NCBI GenBank assembly: GCA_033763315.1
Contig: JANRKS010000009.1
Span: 32,001 to 96,000, forward strand
Direction of reading: 5' to 3'
DNA length: 64,000 nucleotides
DNA from: Deltaproteobacteria bacterium
GTDB lineage: Bacteria > Myxococcota_A > Polyangia > Fen-1088
Below the pieces are notes generated by a model, which saw only the letters and a list, made by a program, of their open reading frames with translations, had not been told where the DNA came from and ran no database searches. This document shows, piece after piece, positions 37,856-46,511 of this stretch. The position numbers and the translations under genes are program-made. Positions within the stretch are counted from its first letter, which is position 1, and each line of letters opens with the position of its first letter.

Positions 37856-39232
37856 CTAAGAAACTTCCCCCTCCGAGCTTGGAACCAGTTGGAAGCCCAG
37901 ACTACCTGCGCGCCTGCGAAGATTGTCGAGGGTCCGTTGGCGAAATCTTTCTTCGTGGTAGTCGGCACCCGGATCGACGTGGGCCGCCCCATGCTTAAGC
38001 GTGTTGTAGAAGAGCACGGCAATCTTGCGGGCCGTCGCAGTGACTGCTTTCGACTTTCCGACGCGGGCTGCAAGCCTACGGAAAAAGGCGCCCAGCGCTG
38101 TTTGCGTTTTGCCCACTGAAAGCGCGCACATCCGAAGTAGCACGCCGGCGCGGTTCGAGGAGCGTCGGGTCCGCGAACTGAGCACCTTACCGCCGGATAT
38201 CTCGCTGCCCGGGGCGAGAGTGAGCCACGACGTGAAGGGCTTGGCCGTAGGCCAGCGGGTCATATCGGTGCCGGTGCCGCACTCCCCGACGAGGCGCAGT
38301 GCTGAATACGGTCCAAGTCCATGAATTTGAGTAAGATCGACACCTCCTTTGAGGGTGTAGACTGCGGACCGCACGTCAAAATCAGGCTCGTTTCTACCTG
38401 GAGACTTCCTCCGAGGCTGGGGCATAACTTCCTTAGGCAGTGCACTCCGTTCATTCAAAGCAGCCAGGCAGCATTCGACCTCGACGTCACAGTCGCGCAT
38501 CCTCGCCTGATAGAAGTCGTAAAATTCGACAGCCTGACGAAGCTCAAACATATGCTCGGGACGGAAGTTGCCGGTGAGCGCTTCGCTGATTGTCTGCACG
38601 GATGCCTTGCAGCGCGGGTCACGGAACTGTGCCAAGGTCGCAGGCTGTCTTTCTCCATCGATGATCGCGCGAATGAGCTTCATTCCCGTTACGCCCGTTA
38701 CGTCGCTCACGACGTGGTAGAGTTGAAGATTTATCTGCATGAGTGCTTTCTGGATGTGCTGGACATGCGAGGCCGCGTACTCCACTAGGCCATCGCGAGT
38801 ACGCAGGTATGCCCTCAACGCAGTGATCTTCTCGTGTGGGCGGAAACTCCCCCGAACCAACCCGTACGCATGCAGCTGCTGGATTCACTGGGCGTCGTTC
38901 ACGTCAGTCTTCCGCCCAGGAACATTTTTGGCATCGCGTGCATTGACCAGCACTACCTCGAACCCCCGAGCTTCTAGGATCTCGTAGATGGCAACCTAGT
39001 AGATGCTTGTCGACTCGATCGCGATGGTCGTGATGCCGAGGTCCTTGAGCCAGTCGCCTAGGCGATAAAGATCTCCTGTAAAGCTTCGGAATGTGCGAAC
39101 CGGCTGCTGATCTGCATCCCGCGGCACGGCCACCACGTGGAAAGTTGCCCCGATGTCGATTCCAGCGGCATGCCTATGGACAATCGGCAGCCCAGCTTCG
39201 TCCCCTCTTTTCGTCTTACCCTTCGTCGCCAT
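37856..39232 (-). pseudogene. IS110 DEDD recombinase pseudogene
   Basis: AAGIDIG, ESTSIY*, PGRKTDVNDAQ*, SWLTLAPG..ISGGK, AVTATARK. Two in-frame stops at conserved Trp positions; GGAGG SD. Confidence 0.9.
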
Positions 39233-39239
39233 GATTCCC

Positions 39240-39440
39240 TCCTGTTTAGATGAGGAGATGGAAAGCGAGGCTGCGCATTGAATCACTTTCCTAAACGGGA
39301 TCGCCCCGGAGCGTCACCACTTCCAAGCACGCAGCAGCCTCGGGACCATGTTTTTTTCGGGATCGTTGTCGTCACCAAAAAGTGTGCGGCCGCTCGTTCC
39401 AACTCAGGTCAATCGTACACGAGTTTCTCGAACCACAGGC
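39240..39440 (-). ncRNA. Candidate IS110 bridge RNA in the left-end non-coding region
   Basis: Two copies of TGGTGA-CG..CG-ATCCCG (39358-39377 and 39296-39319). They are flanked by CACTTTT and A7 (resembling the target) and by TTTAGGA (matching the element's right end). Boundaries approximate. Confidence 0.55.
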
Positions 39441-39871
39441 AGGAGCGCCGCTCCTTTTGTAGCGCAACCAGCGCCTCGGCATGCTCGGCGCGCGCAGTGG
39501 CTTTATGGAGCTGCTTCTCCAGCTCAGCGATCTTGCGGTTGCGTTCATCAACGACCTTGGCTTTGCGGCCCCTCTTCTTAGGGGCCAGCAGCTCGCCACG
39601 CTCCCGGGCTCGGCGCCAATCGACCAGCTGCGAGGAGAAAAGTCCCTCGCGCCGCAACTGCGCCCCAATCTCGCCAGACGCCTTACAGGCGTCGGCTTGC
39701 CGCACTATCTCAAGCTTGTATTGCGCCGTAAATCGGCGCCGTTTTACTTTGGCCGACACCTGCACATCGCGCAGCTTTTCGGTCCCATTGAGAACATTTT
39801 CCATGAGTCATCCAATCACCGCCCTGGTGTCTAAATTCCCGGTCAGTGCCTGTCTCATCCAACCTGGCACA

Positions 39872-40212
39872 GAGGTCCATCGGCATGCGCACATTGCCGA
39901 CCACCGCTGGCGAAGATCTGCTTGCATTAGTTATGAGGCGTTACGAGCGTGCCAGCACCCTATTTACTCGAATCGTCCCGTTGAAGATTTGGGGCCGTCT
40001 GCTTGGCGACACCGCCGCGGTGGCCGCGATGCTTGACCGACTTCTGCACCATGGCCACGTCCTAAAGTGTGGTCTCAGAAGCTGGCGAACAAAACACCAC
40101 ACAAATTTGCAGCCGGAGCCTGTCTCCGCTTGCATGACGATGTCCCGGCCACTTTTCCTTTGGCCGGTTTTGAAGTGAGCATCTTTGGCCGGTTTTGAGG
40201 TGATCATCGAGG
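39872..40212 (+). mobile_element. istB: IS21-family remnant: istB 3' end plus right terminal repeats
   Basis: EDLLALVMRRYERAST...WGRLLGDTAAVAAMLDRLLHHGHVLKCG.RSWR; tandem tttggccggttttga(a/g)gtga(g/t)catc at 40159-40208 followed by GAGG. Confidence 0.8.
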
Positions 40213-40250
40213 CGGACGCCCCTTGCTTCGTGTAACCTGGGGCCGCGTTA

Positions 40251-42593
40251 ATGAATACTAAGGTTCGCGCCGCGGCGGCCACAATACTCCTATTGCTCGG
40301 CCTGGTTTACTTTGCAGTCATCTTGAATCATCTGTATTCCGTCACGCGCTGGCTCGCGTGGCGCTATTTGATTCAGTGGTCGCTCGCCTCTTTTTGGACA
40401 TTCGGCTGCCTCTCCTTGGGACACTACTTGGTTCGCCACGTCCTTAAGCAGAAGTTCCCGGCGCGCGAACACGTTCTCTTGAGCTTGGCCACGGGTGTCC
40501 TCGCCTTTGGTTTGGTCCTGTTTAGCTGTGGTTTGTTGGGCGGTCTCAACGGCGTGTTCTTCCTCCTTTGCCCCTTCCTGCTGAGCTTGACATTCGGTCC
40601 GAGCTTCCTCGTGTACGCCAAGCGTCGCTGCATTCGTCTTGTACATTTGACCGCCGCCAATGGAAGAGCTGCGCTTTGGGGTGCAACAGCTCGCGTGTTC
40701 GGCTTGGCCGGCATCGCAATCATCGTTTTGCAGATTATGACGCCGCAGAACGTGGCCTTCGACGCTCACTGGTATCACGCGGCGATTGCAGAGTCTTACG
40801 CGGTGACAGGGCACATAAGACGTTTCAATGAGGGGTGGTTTCTCGGAACCTTGCCGCAACTTGCGACGTGGATCTACACCTGGGCTTTTCTCTGCCCCCG
40901 CGCTTCGTTGGCTTTTCGGATCGAGCTGGCCGCCCATCTCGAGCTTGTCTTGTTTCTGTTTACCTTGGCGGGTGTTGAGCCAACCGTTCGCTGGTTGCTT
41001 AAGGGAGAGGGCGCACGTGCGGCCTGGGTATCCGTCTTCTTGTTCCCGGGAATTTTCGTCTACGACTCAAACCTCAACCTATCGGCTGATCACATTCTCG
41101 GCTTCTGGACGTTGCCCGCCCTGTTGGTGGCACGACGCCTATTTCCGGTCGGCTCCGAGCAAATGGTTGGCATTCGTCGCTGCGTGCTTCTGGGTATCAT
41201 TTTGTCAGGTGCACTCCTCACCAAGTATCAGGTGCTTTATCTGGTGGTGGCTCTGACGTTCCTATTGTTTATGTCAACGTTTGATGACCTGTGGACTTCG
41301 CCGCGCGTTGCGAGGCCACGAATTGTCCTCTTGGCGTTTGCTCGGTTGTCGGTTGCGGGCGTTACCGTCGGCGTGTTGACGAGCCCGCACTGGCTAAAGA
41401 ACCTGATTTGGCATGGAAATCCCTTCTATCCATTCGCGCACAAGCTGTTCGGGGGCTTCCCCTGGACGGCTGGTACAGAGTTTCGCCTTCTGGATGCTGG
41501 CTGGACGCCCGAGGGCCCCCTTTGGGGGCGGTTAAAAGAGACGTTGGTCGCGTTGGCGTCTTTCTCTTTTAAGCCTCACGACTGGCCTGACTTTCACCGT
41601 GACCTTCCGATTTTCGGGTCCGTCTTTACCCTGATCATGATCCCTTGCTTGATCATTAAGCCACAGCGACGCCTATTTTCGCTGGCTTTGTCGACCCTTG
41701 TCGCGATTGGGACTTGGTATTGGACCTACCACCAGGATCGATACCTGCAATCGCTGTTGCCATGGATCGCCACTTTCACTGCAGCCGCTTTGGTCACCTT
41801 GTGGCGAACACAATCGCTGGCGATTCGCCTCGCACTGGTGAGCCTAATCGGCATCCAGCTAATTTGGGGATTCGAGCTTCCGGCTTTGCCAACCCACGCC
41901 ATGGCAGGCCGGTCGCCCATCATGTCAACGCTCGACCGGTTGTCTTCCGGTTACCGGGGCGACTGGGCCAATCGTGACGACCCTGCGACGAGTTTACCTC
42001 GCGTCGCGGCTCGGCTGCCAGAACGTGCCGTTGCCTTGCTGCATGAAGAGCACCTTCGATTGGGGCTTGGACACTGGATCGTGTCCGACAGCTTTGGTCG
42101 CCAAGGGGCCATTCGGTACCGCAACTGGGACACACGGAGGAGGGTCTACGACCGGCTAGCAGCACTCGGCGTCACACATATAATCCTGCGCGCAGAACCC
42201 ACCGGCGACTTTTCGTTGGCCGACAACATCGTGCTCTTTGACTTTCTGAAGGCGTTGCCTCTTGCGGCAGAGGTTGAGGGATACCGGATCTTTGAAATGA
42301 GGGACAGCCCAAGGTTGCAACCGACCGCCTACGCGGGGGCCCTGGTCGTCAAGTGCAACGGCGAGTTACGCACCGTCAGAACCGTCAAGTCTTTCGATAC
42401 GCTCGGCGGGTTTGCGAGCGATGATTGTGCCCCAGACCTTGGGCGTCTGGAATCAGCCTCTGCGCATGTTCGGTTTGTCATCGCGCCGCAAAAATTGAAT
42501 GCCCTAGGCGGTCGGCTGGGACCTAAATGGCAACAACTATTTTCGCACTCCGATGTCCTGGTATTTGCACGGGTGGCTGATAATGAATCCTAG
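40251..42593 (+). CDS. Polytopic membrane protein, GT-C-like glycosyltransferase
   Basis: Many TM segments; FDAHWYH loop; LLTKYQ; HGNPFYP; QDRYL; soluble C-terminal domain. Confidence 0.7.
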   Translation: MNTKVRAAAATILLLLGLVYFAVILNHLYSVTRWLAWRYLIQWSLASFWTFGCLSLGHYLVRHVLKQKFPAREHVLLSLATGVLAFGLVLFSCGLLGGLNGVFFLLCPFLLSLTFGPSFLVYAKRRCIRLVHLTAANGRAALWGATARVFGLAGIAIIVLQIMTPQNVAFDAHWYHAAIAESYAVTGHIRRFNEGWFLGTLPQLATWIYTWAFLCPRASLAFRIELAAHLELVLFLFTLAGVEPTVRWLLKGEGARAAWVSVFLFPGIFVYDSNLNLSADHILGFWTLPALLVARRLFPVGSEQMVGIRRCVLLGIILSGALLTKYQVLYLVVALTFLLFMSTFDDLWTSPRVARPRIVLLAFARLSVAGVTVGVLTSPHWLKNLIWHGNPFYPFAHKLFGGFPWTAGTEFRLLDAGWTPEGPLWGRLKETLVALASFSFKPHDWPDFHRDLPIFGSVFTLIMIPCLIIKPQRRLFSLALSTLVAIGTWYWTYHQDRYLQSLLPWIATFTAAALVTLWRTQSLAIRLALVSLIGIQLIWGFELPALPTHAMAGRSPIMSTLDRLSSGYRGDWANRDDPATSLPRVAARLPERAVALLHEEHLRLGLGHWIVSDSFGRQGAIRYRNWDTRRRVYDRLAALGVTHIILRAEPTGDFSLADNIVLFDFLKALPLAAEVEGYRIFEMRDSPRLQPTAYAGALVVKCNGELRTVRTVKSFDTLGGFASDDCAPDLGRLESASAHVRFVIAPQKLNALGGRLGPKWQQLFSHSDVLVFARVADNES

Positions 42594-43788
42594 AATGTCC
42601 AACGCTTTGCAGAACAGAATTGGTCGTTTCATGACCGAGAGTACCTTCGCTCGAACACTACAGCAGCACTGGCTTGCTGGGAGCGTGTTGCTTCTCGCCG
42701 TGCTGGCGCGCGTCTTCCTACTCAAGGTCATCCCGAACACCGACGTTCCCGAAGGCTACGGCCCTTGGTACGACGAGATCGTGCAGTACGGGCGCGTGAA
42801 GGCGTGGGGACGTGACATCTCTGACTATGCTCCGCCTTATCTGTACCTGCTTTCGCTGGCCAGCCTGCTTCCTTTTCACAAGTTCGTTAACATCAAACTG
42901 GTTCCGCTGGTCTTCGATCTGTGGGCTGCTTGGTTATGTGTTCGGCTGGTCAAACGCATTCATCCCGTGGGGCCGATACCCATGCTGGCCGGTCTCTTGT
43001 TCCTGCTAGGGCCCACGGTCATGGCCAACAGTGCGCTGTGGGGACAGGTGGACGTCATATACATGACCTTCCTGCTCCTTTCTCTGATCTACGTGTTGGA
43101 CGAGCGGCCAACGCGCAGTGTGCTCGCTTTTTCGCTGGCACTTGCTTTCAAGTTGCAGGCAGCCTTCTTTTTACCAGCCCTTGTCGTGCTCTTCCTTGAG
43201 CGGGGTTGGCGTCTTTGGCGATTCGCTTTGGCGCCTGTCGGTTACCTCCTGCTTTCGGTTCCAGCGATACTAGCCGGACGTGCTATCGGCAACACTTTGA
43301 CTGTTTATCTCAGGCAGGTGGGCAGTCAAGGTTCGCTCGAACAGAACGCCGCCTCGATTTACCAGTGGCTTCCCTCACCTGATCCCCAGCTGCAAGCCCG
43401 AGCGGGCATCGTGTTTGCTGCGGCGGTGTGCGGATTCTTCATAGCGGCGATTCATTATTTGGCTAAGAACAAGTTCGACCGAAAAACTCAATTTTCCATC
43501 GCCATGTTGATGGCCGCGCTCCCTCCCTTCCTGCTGCCCAACATGCACGAGCGCTACGCGTATTGTTCAGATGTGCTGGCGACTTTGACTCCGTTCGTGG
43601 TTCCCAGCTTAACCTTGCCAGCCGGGCTCTTGATCTTTGCATCGCTGGCGTCGTATGGACCTTTTTTGCGTCACGATTGGCTGCCGCTTCCGTATGCTGC
43701 CGCCATCAATGCCGTTGCCTTGTACTTACTCGCTAAGAACATTGCGCGGACCACAGGTATGATTAGCGGTCGTACCCCTCAATCGTGA
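42583..43788 (+). CDS. GT-C membrane glycosyltransferase (GT87/Gpi18-like mannosyltransferase-related)
   Basis: DYAPPYLY, NSALWGQVD, FKLQAAF, LPNMHERY. Confidence 0.8.
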   Translation: MNPRMSNALQNRIGRFMTESTFARTLQQHWLAGSVLLLAVLARVFLLKVIPNTDVPEGYGPWYDEIVQYGRVKAWGRDISDYAPPYLYLLSLASLLPFHKFVNIKLVPLVFDLWAAWLCVRLVKRIHPVGPIPMLAGLLFLLGPTVMANSALWGQVDVIYMTFLLLSLIYVLDERPTRSVLAFSLALAFKLQAAFFLPALVVLFLERGWRLWRFALAPVGYLLLSVPAILAGRAIGNTLTVYLRQVGSQGSLEQNAASIYQWLPSPDPQLQARAGIVFAAAVCGFFIAAIHYLAKNKFDRKTQFSIAMLMAALPPFLLPNMHERYAYCSDVLATLTPFVVPSLTLPAGLLIFASLASYGPFLRHDWLPLPYAAAINAVALYLLAKNIARTTGMISGRTPQS

Positions 43789-43822
43789 ACTTGCCTGAGG
43801 CAGGGGGCCACTGTTGGACGGA

Positions 43823-45361
43823 ATGACTATTGTGAACAGGCTCGGCCGCCAATGGAGGCTCATTGCGATCCTCGTTGTCGGCATCTGTGTCCGGGCCTTT
43901 TACTTGGGGCAATGTCCTCAAGGATTGAACCAGGACGAGACCTCGCTTGGGTACGACGCCTATTCCATCCTAAATTATGGAATGGATAGACACCTGACCC
44001 CGTACCCGGCGTTTCTTATTGCATGGGGCTCGGGCATGAATGTTTTGTCCGCCTACTTGGCTGTGCCATTCATCAAAGTCTTTGGACTGACGGCGCTATC
44101 GTTGCGACTTGTCAACGCGATATCTGGAATGGTATCGCTCGCCATCTTCTATACTTTTGTTAGGACCATCTCTGGAGAACGGCAAGCGCTGTGGTCGACT
44201 TTCGTCCTCGCGATCTGCCCCTGGCACATCATGATGTCGCGGTGGGGGTTGGAATCAAATGTCCTCCCGGCCTTCTTTTTGACGGCCGTGACTTGTTTTA
44301 TTAAAGCTCAAGAGAGGCCGCGCTTGTGGCCGTTGGTCGGCTCACTCTTTGGTCTCTGTTTATATGCCTATGGAACGGCGTACTTCGCTGTTCCTTTGTT
44401 TGTCACGCTTGGAACGCTCTACATGGCTCGGCGCCGGACCCTGAACTGGCGATGGTTCGTCGCAGGCGTTGCTTCGTTCATTCTCGTGTCAGCGCCGATA
44501 GTTGCCACAGTGCTCATCAATCGGCTGCGTTTGCCAAGTACGCGAATGCTCGGGATTGGCATCCCCCGGATGACAACCGTGCCGCGATACGAACAGCTTT
44601 CGTCTTTGTTTGGTCAAGACGGATTGCGACGCACTTGGCACAACATCACAGCGTTGGTGACCATGATCTTGAAGCAGGACGATGGTGCAAGTTGGAACAA
44701 CATTCCCGAATTCGGGATCGTCTATCCTATCGGTCTTGGATTTGCCGCTCTGGGCCTGCTGACGCTTGTGCAAAACACGTTGCGATACAGGCTCGCTTCG
44801 CAAGAAGTCTGGGTCGTTCTTTGGCTGCTTGTGGCGCTGCTCTTGGGAGTCGTTCAAGAGGCCAATATTAATCGCGTCAATCTCCTTTGGATGCCCGTCG
44901 TCTTCCTCGTCGCGAAAGGGCTCAACGAAGCGTCAACTGACGCATGGAGAGCTCGCGCTTTCATAGCGATGATGGGAGCGTTTTTTGTCGCGTTTTGCTT
45001 CTCCTATTTCGGCCCGTATCGATCCGCTAGCGACGGCTTCTTTCCGGGTTTTGGACGCGCGCTGAAGGTCGCGACCGCCACCGTCAACGGCGAGGTGTGC
45101 GTCACGGACCGAGTCAATATGCCTTACGTGTTCGCATTGTTCTACGACCGCACCGATCCGCGCAAATTCGCTCGAACGGTTGTCTACGAAGGTGAAGGAG
45201 AATTTCAAGGCGTGAAATCCTTTGACCGTTTCACCTTTGGGATCAGCCGCTGTCCGCCAGGGACTCAGGCCTACGTACTGGAGAGAGGCGAAGATGAACC
45301 TCTTGAAGCCACAGGGACCGAGATCTTTCGGTCGTCACGGTACGTGGTGGTCAAGAAGTAG
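43823..45361 (+). CDS. ArnT/PMT (GT39/GT83-like) glycosyltransferase
   Basis: GLNQDETSLGYDAYSIL..G.DR, PWHIMMSRWGLESN. Confidence 0.85.
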   Translation: MTIVNRLGRQWRLIAILVVGICVRAFYLGQCPQGLNQDETSLGYDAYSILNYGMDRHLTPYPAFLIAWGSGMNVLSAYLAVPFIKVFGLTALSLRLVNAISGMVSLAIFYTFVRTISGERQALWSTFVLAICPWHIMMSRWGLESNVLPAFFLTAVTCFIKAQERPRLWPLVGSLFGLCLYAYGTAYFAVPLFVTLGTLYMARRRTLNWRWFVAGVASFILVSAPIVATVLINRLRLPSTRMLGIGIPRMTTVPRYEQLSSLFGQDGLRRTWHNITALVTMILKQDDGASWNNIPEFGIVYPIGLGFAALGLLTLVQNTLRYRLASQEVWVVLWLLVALLLGVVQEANINRVNLLWMPVVFLVAKGLNEASTDAWRARAFIAMMGAFFVAFCFSYFGPYRSASDGFFPGFGRALKVATATVNGEVCVTDRVNMPYVFALFYDRTDPRKFARTVVYEGEGEFQGVKSFDRFTFGISRCPPGTQAYVLERGEDEPLEATGTEIFRSSRYVVVKK

Positions 45362-45512
45362 TAATATGGTCGCCAAGGCAGGGCCCCTGGATGCCCTCTT
45401 CGTCTCAATGGCGATCGGCTGTGGGGCGCGTGGGGCACCGGCGATGTTGATTCCCCAGGGGCATCAACTTATGCTGCAAAAAGCATTCTTGCTGCGATAG
45501 TGAACGCAAAAC

Positions 45513-46511
45513 ATGGAATCTAAGGAATCCAAAGGTCGCCCGATCCTTTCCCTTGTCCTTCCCATCTTCAATGAAGAGGAGGTCATTCCTGAGCTTCACA
45601 AGCGACTCACGGAGTTCTTGGCGCAGCTGCCGGAGCTGCAGGGCAGTTGGGAGGTGATCTTTGTCAACGATGGCTCATCGGATAAGAGCCCCGGCATGCT
45701 CGACGAGCTGGGGCGCGCCGAACCGCGTTTTCACGTGGTGCATTTTGCGCGCAATTTCGGCCACCAGGCAGCGATCACAGCGGGGCTTGACCGTGCCGAG
45801 GGCGACGCCGTCGTTGTGATGGACGCGGACCTTCAGGATCCCCCTGAAGTGGTCAAAGCCATGATCGCCAAGTGGCGCGAAGGGTTTGATGTTGTTTATG
45901 GCGTGCGAACGAAGCGCATCGGCGAGACCATTTTCAAACGCGCCACCGCTTCGGCGTTTTACCGGCTAATGAATGCGGCGTTGGGCGTGAAAATTCCGCG
46001 TGACGCGGGCGATTTTCGTTTGATGAGCCGCCCGGTGGTCCTGACGTTGCGCAGCCTGCGGGAGAAGCACCGCTTCATGCGCGGCCTTGTGGCGTGGGTG
46101 GGCTTTCGCCAAACCAACGTCAATTACGAACGCCCCGAACGCTTTGCCGGCGAGACGAAGTACCCGTTGCGCAAGATGGTTAAGTTTGCCCTGGATGGCA
46201 TCACGTCGTTTTCCACAAGCCCCCTGCGCATCGCCACGTGGCTCGGCGCCTTTACTGGTCTGATCGCCGTGGGCATCGGGGTGTGGGCTGTTTACATCAA
46301 GCTGTTCACCAACCACACCGTCCAGGGCTGGACCACGATCATGCTGCTGGTGGCGCTCAGCTCATCGGGCCAAATGTTGATGTTGGGGCTCTTGGGCGAA
46401 TACGTCGGGCGCATTTACGAAGAAATCAAACAGCGCCCCCTGTATGTTGTTGCCAAAGAGTCCTCCGGTGACCAACAGCCCCAGCCCTCCCGATCCCACG
46501 AACCCTCCTGA
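45513..46511 (+). CDS. GT2 bactoprenol glycosyltransferase (GtrB/YkcC-like)
   Basis: NDGSSD, RNFGHQAAITAG, DADLQDPP, GDFRLM, GEYVGRIYEEIKQRPLY. Confidence 0.93.
   Translation: MESKESKGRPILSLVLPIFNEEEVIPELHKRLTEFLAQLPELQGSWEVIFVNDGSSDKSPGMLDELGRAEPRFHVVHFARNFGHQAAITAGLDRAEGDAVVVMDADLQDPPEVVKAMIAKWREGFDVVYGVRTKRIGETIFKRATASAFYRLMNAALGVKIPRDAGDFRLMSRPVVLTLRSLREKHRFMRGLVAWVGFRQTNVNYERPERFAGETKYPLRKMVKFALDGITSFSTSPLRIATWLGAFTGLIAVGIGVWAVYIKLFTNHTVQGWTTIMLLVALSSSGQMLMLGLLGEYVGRIYEEIKQRPLYVVAKESSGDQQPQPSRSHEPS

Larger units (their letters stand above)
37854..39455 (-). mobile_element. IS110-family element (~1.6 kb)
   Basis: AGGA at both junctions (tcct at 37854-37857 and 39452-39455); recombinase gene ends at the right junction; ~220-nt non-coding left end. 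Confidence 0.85.
37459..39871 (-). mobile_element. Second IS3-family element, degenerate and interrupted by IS110
   Basis: Left end TGTGCCAGGTTGGATGAGACA at 39871; orfA RRRFTAQYK...LRREGLFSSQL at 39454-39804; orfA tail KVAALLG and truncated orfB LLDEGKYLCS..TMYRIL...KPELLATGPGQVWSWDI at 37459-37853. Confidence 0.8.

Noticed and set aside
38886-38998. Stop-codon recoding in the IS110 gene (TAG and TGA at Trp positions)
   Set aside because: Both stops are single G-to-A changes from TGG. Other genes use TAG and TGA as normal stops and neighbouring elements are also decayed, so this is a pseudogene.
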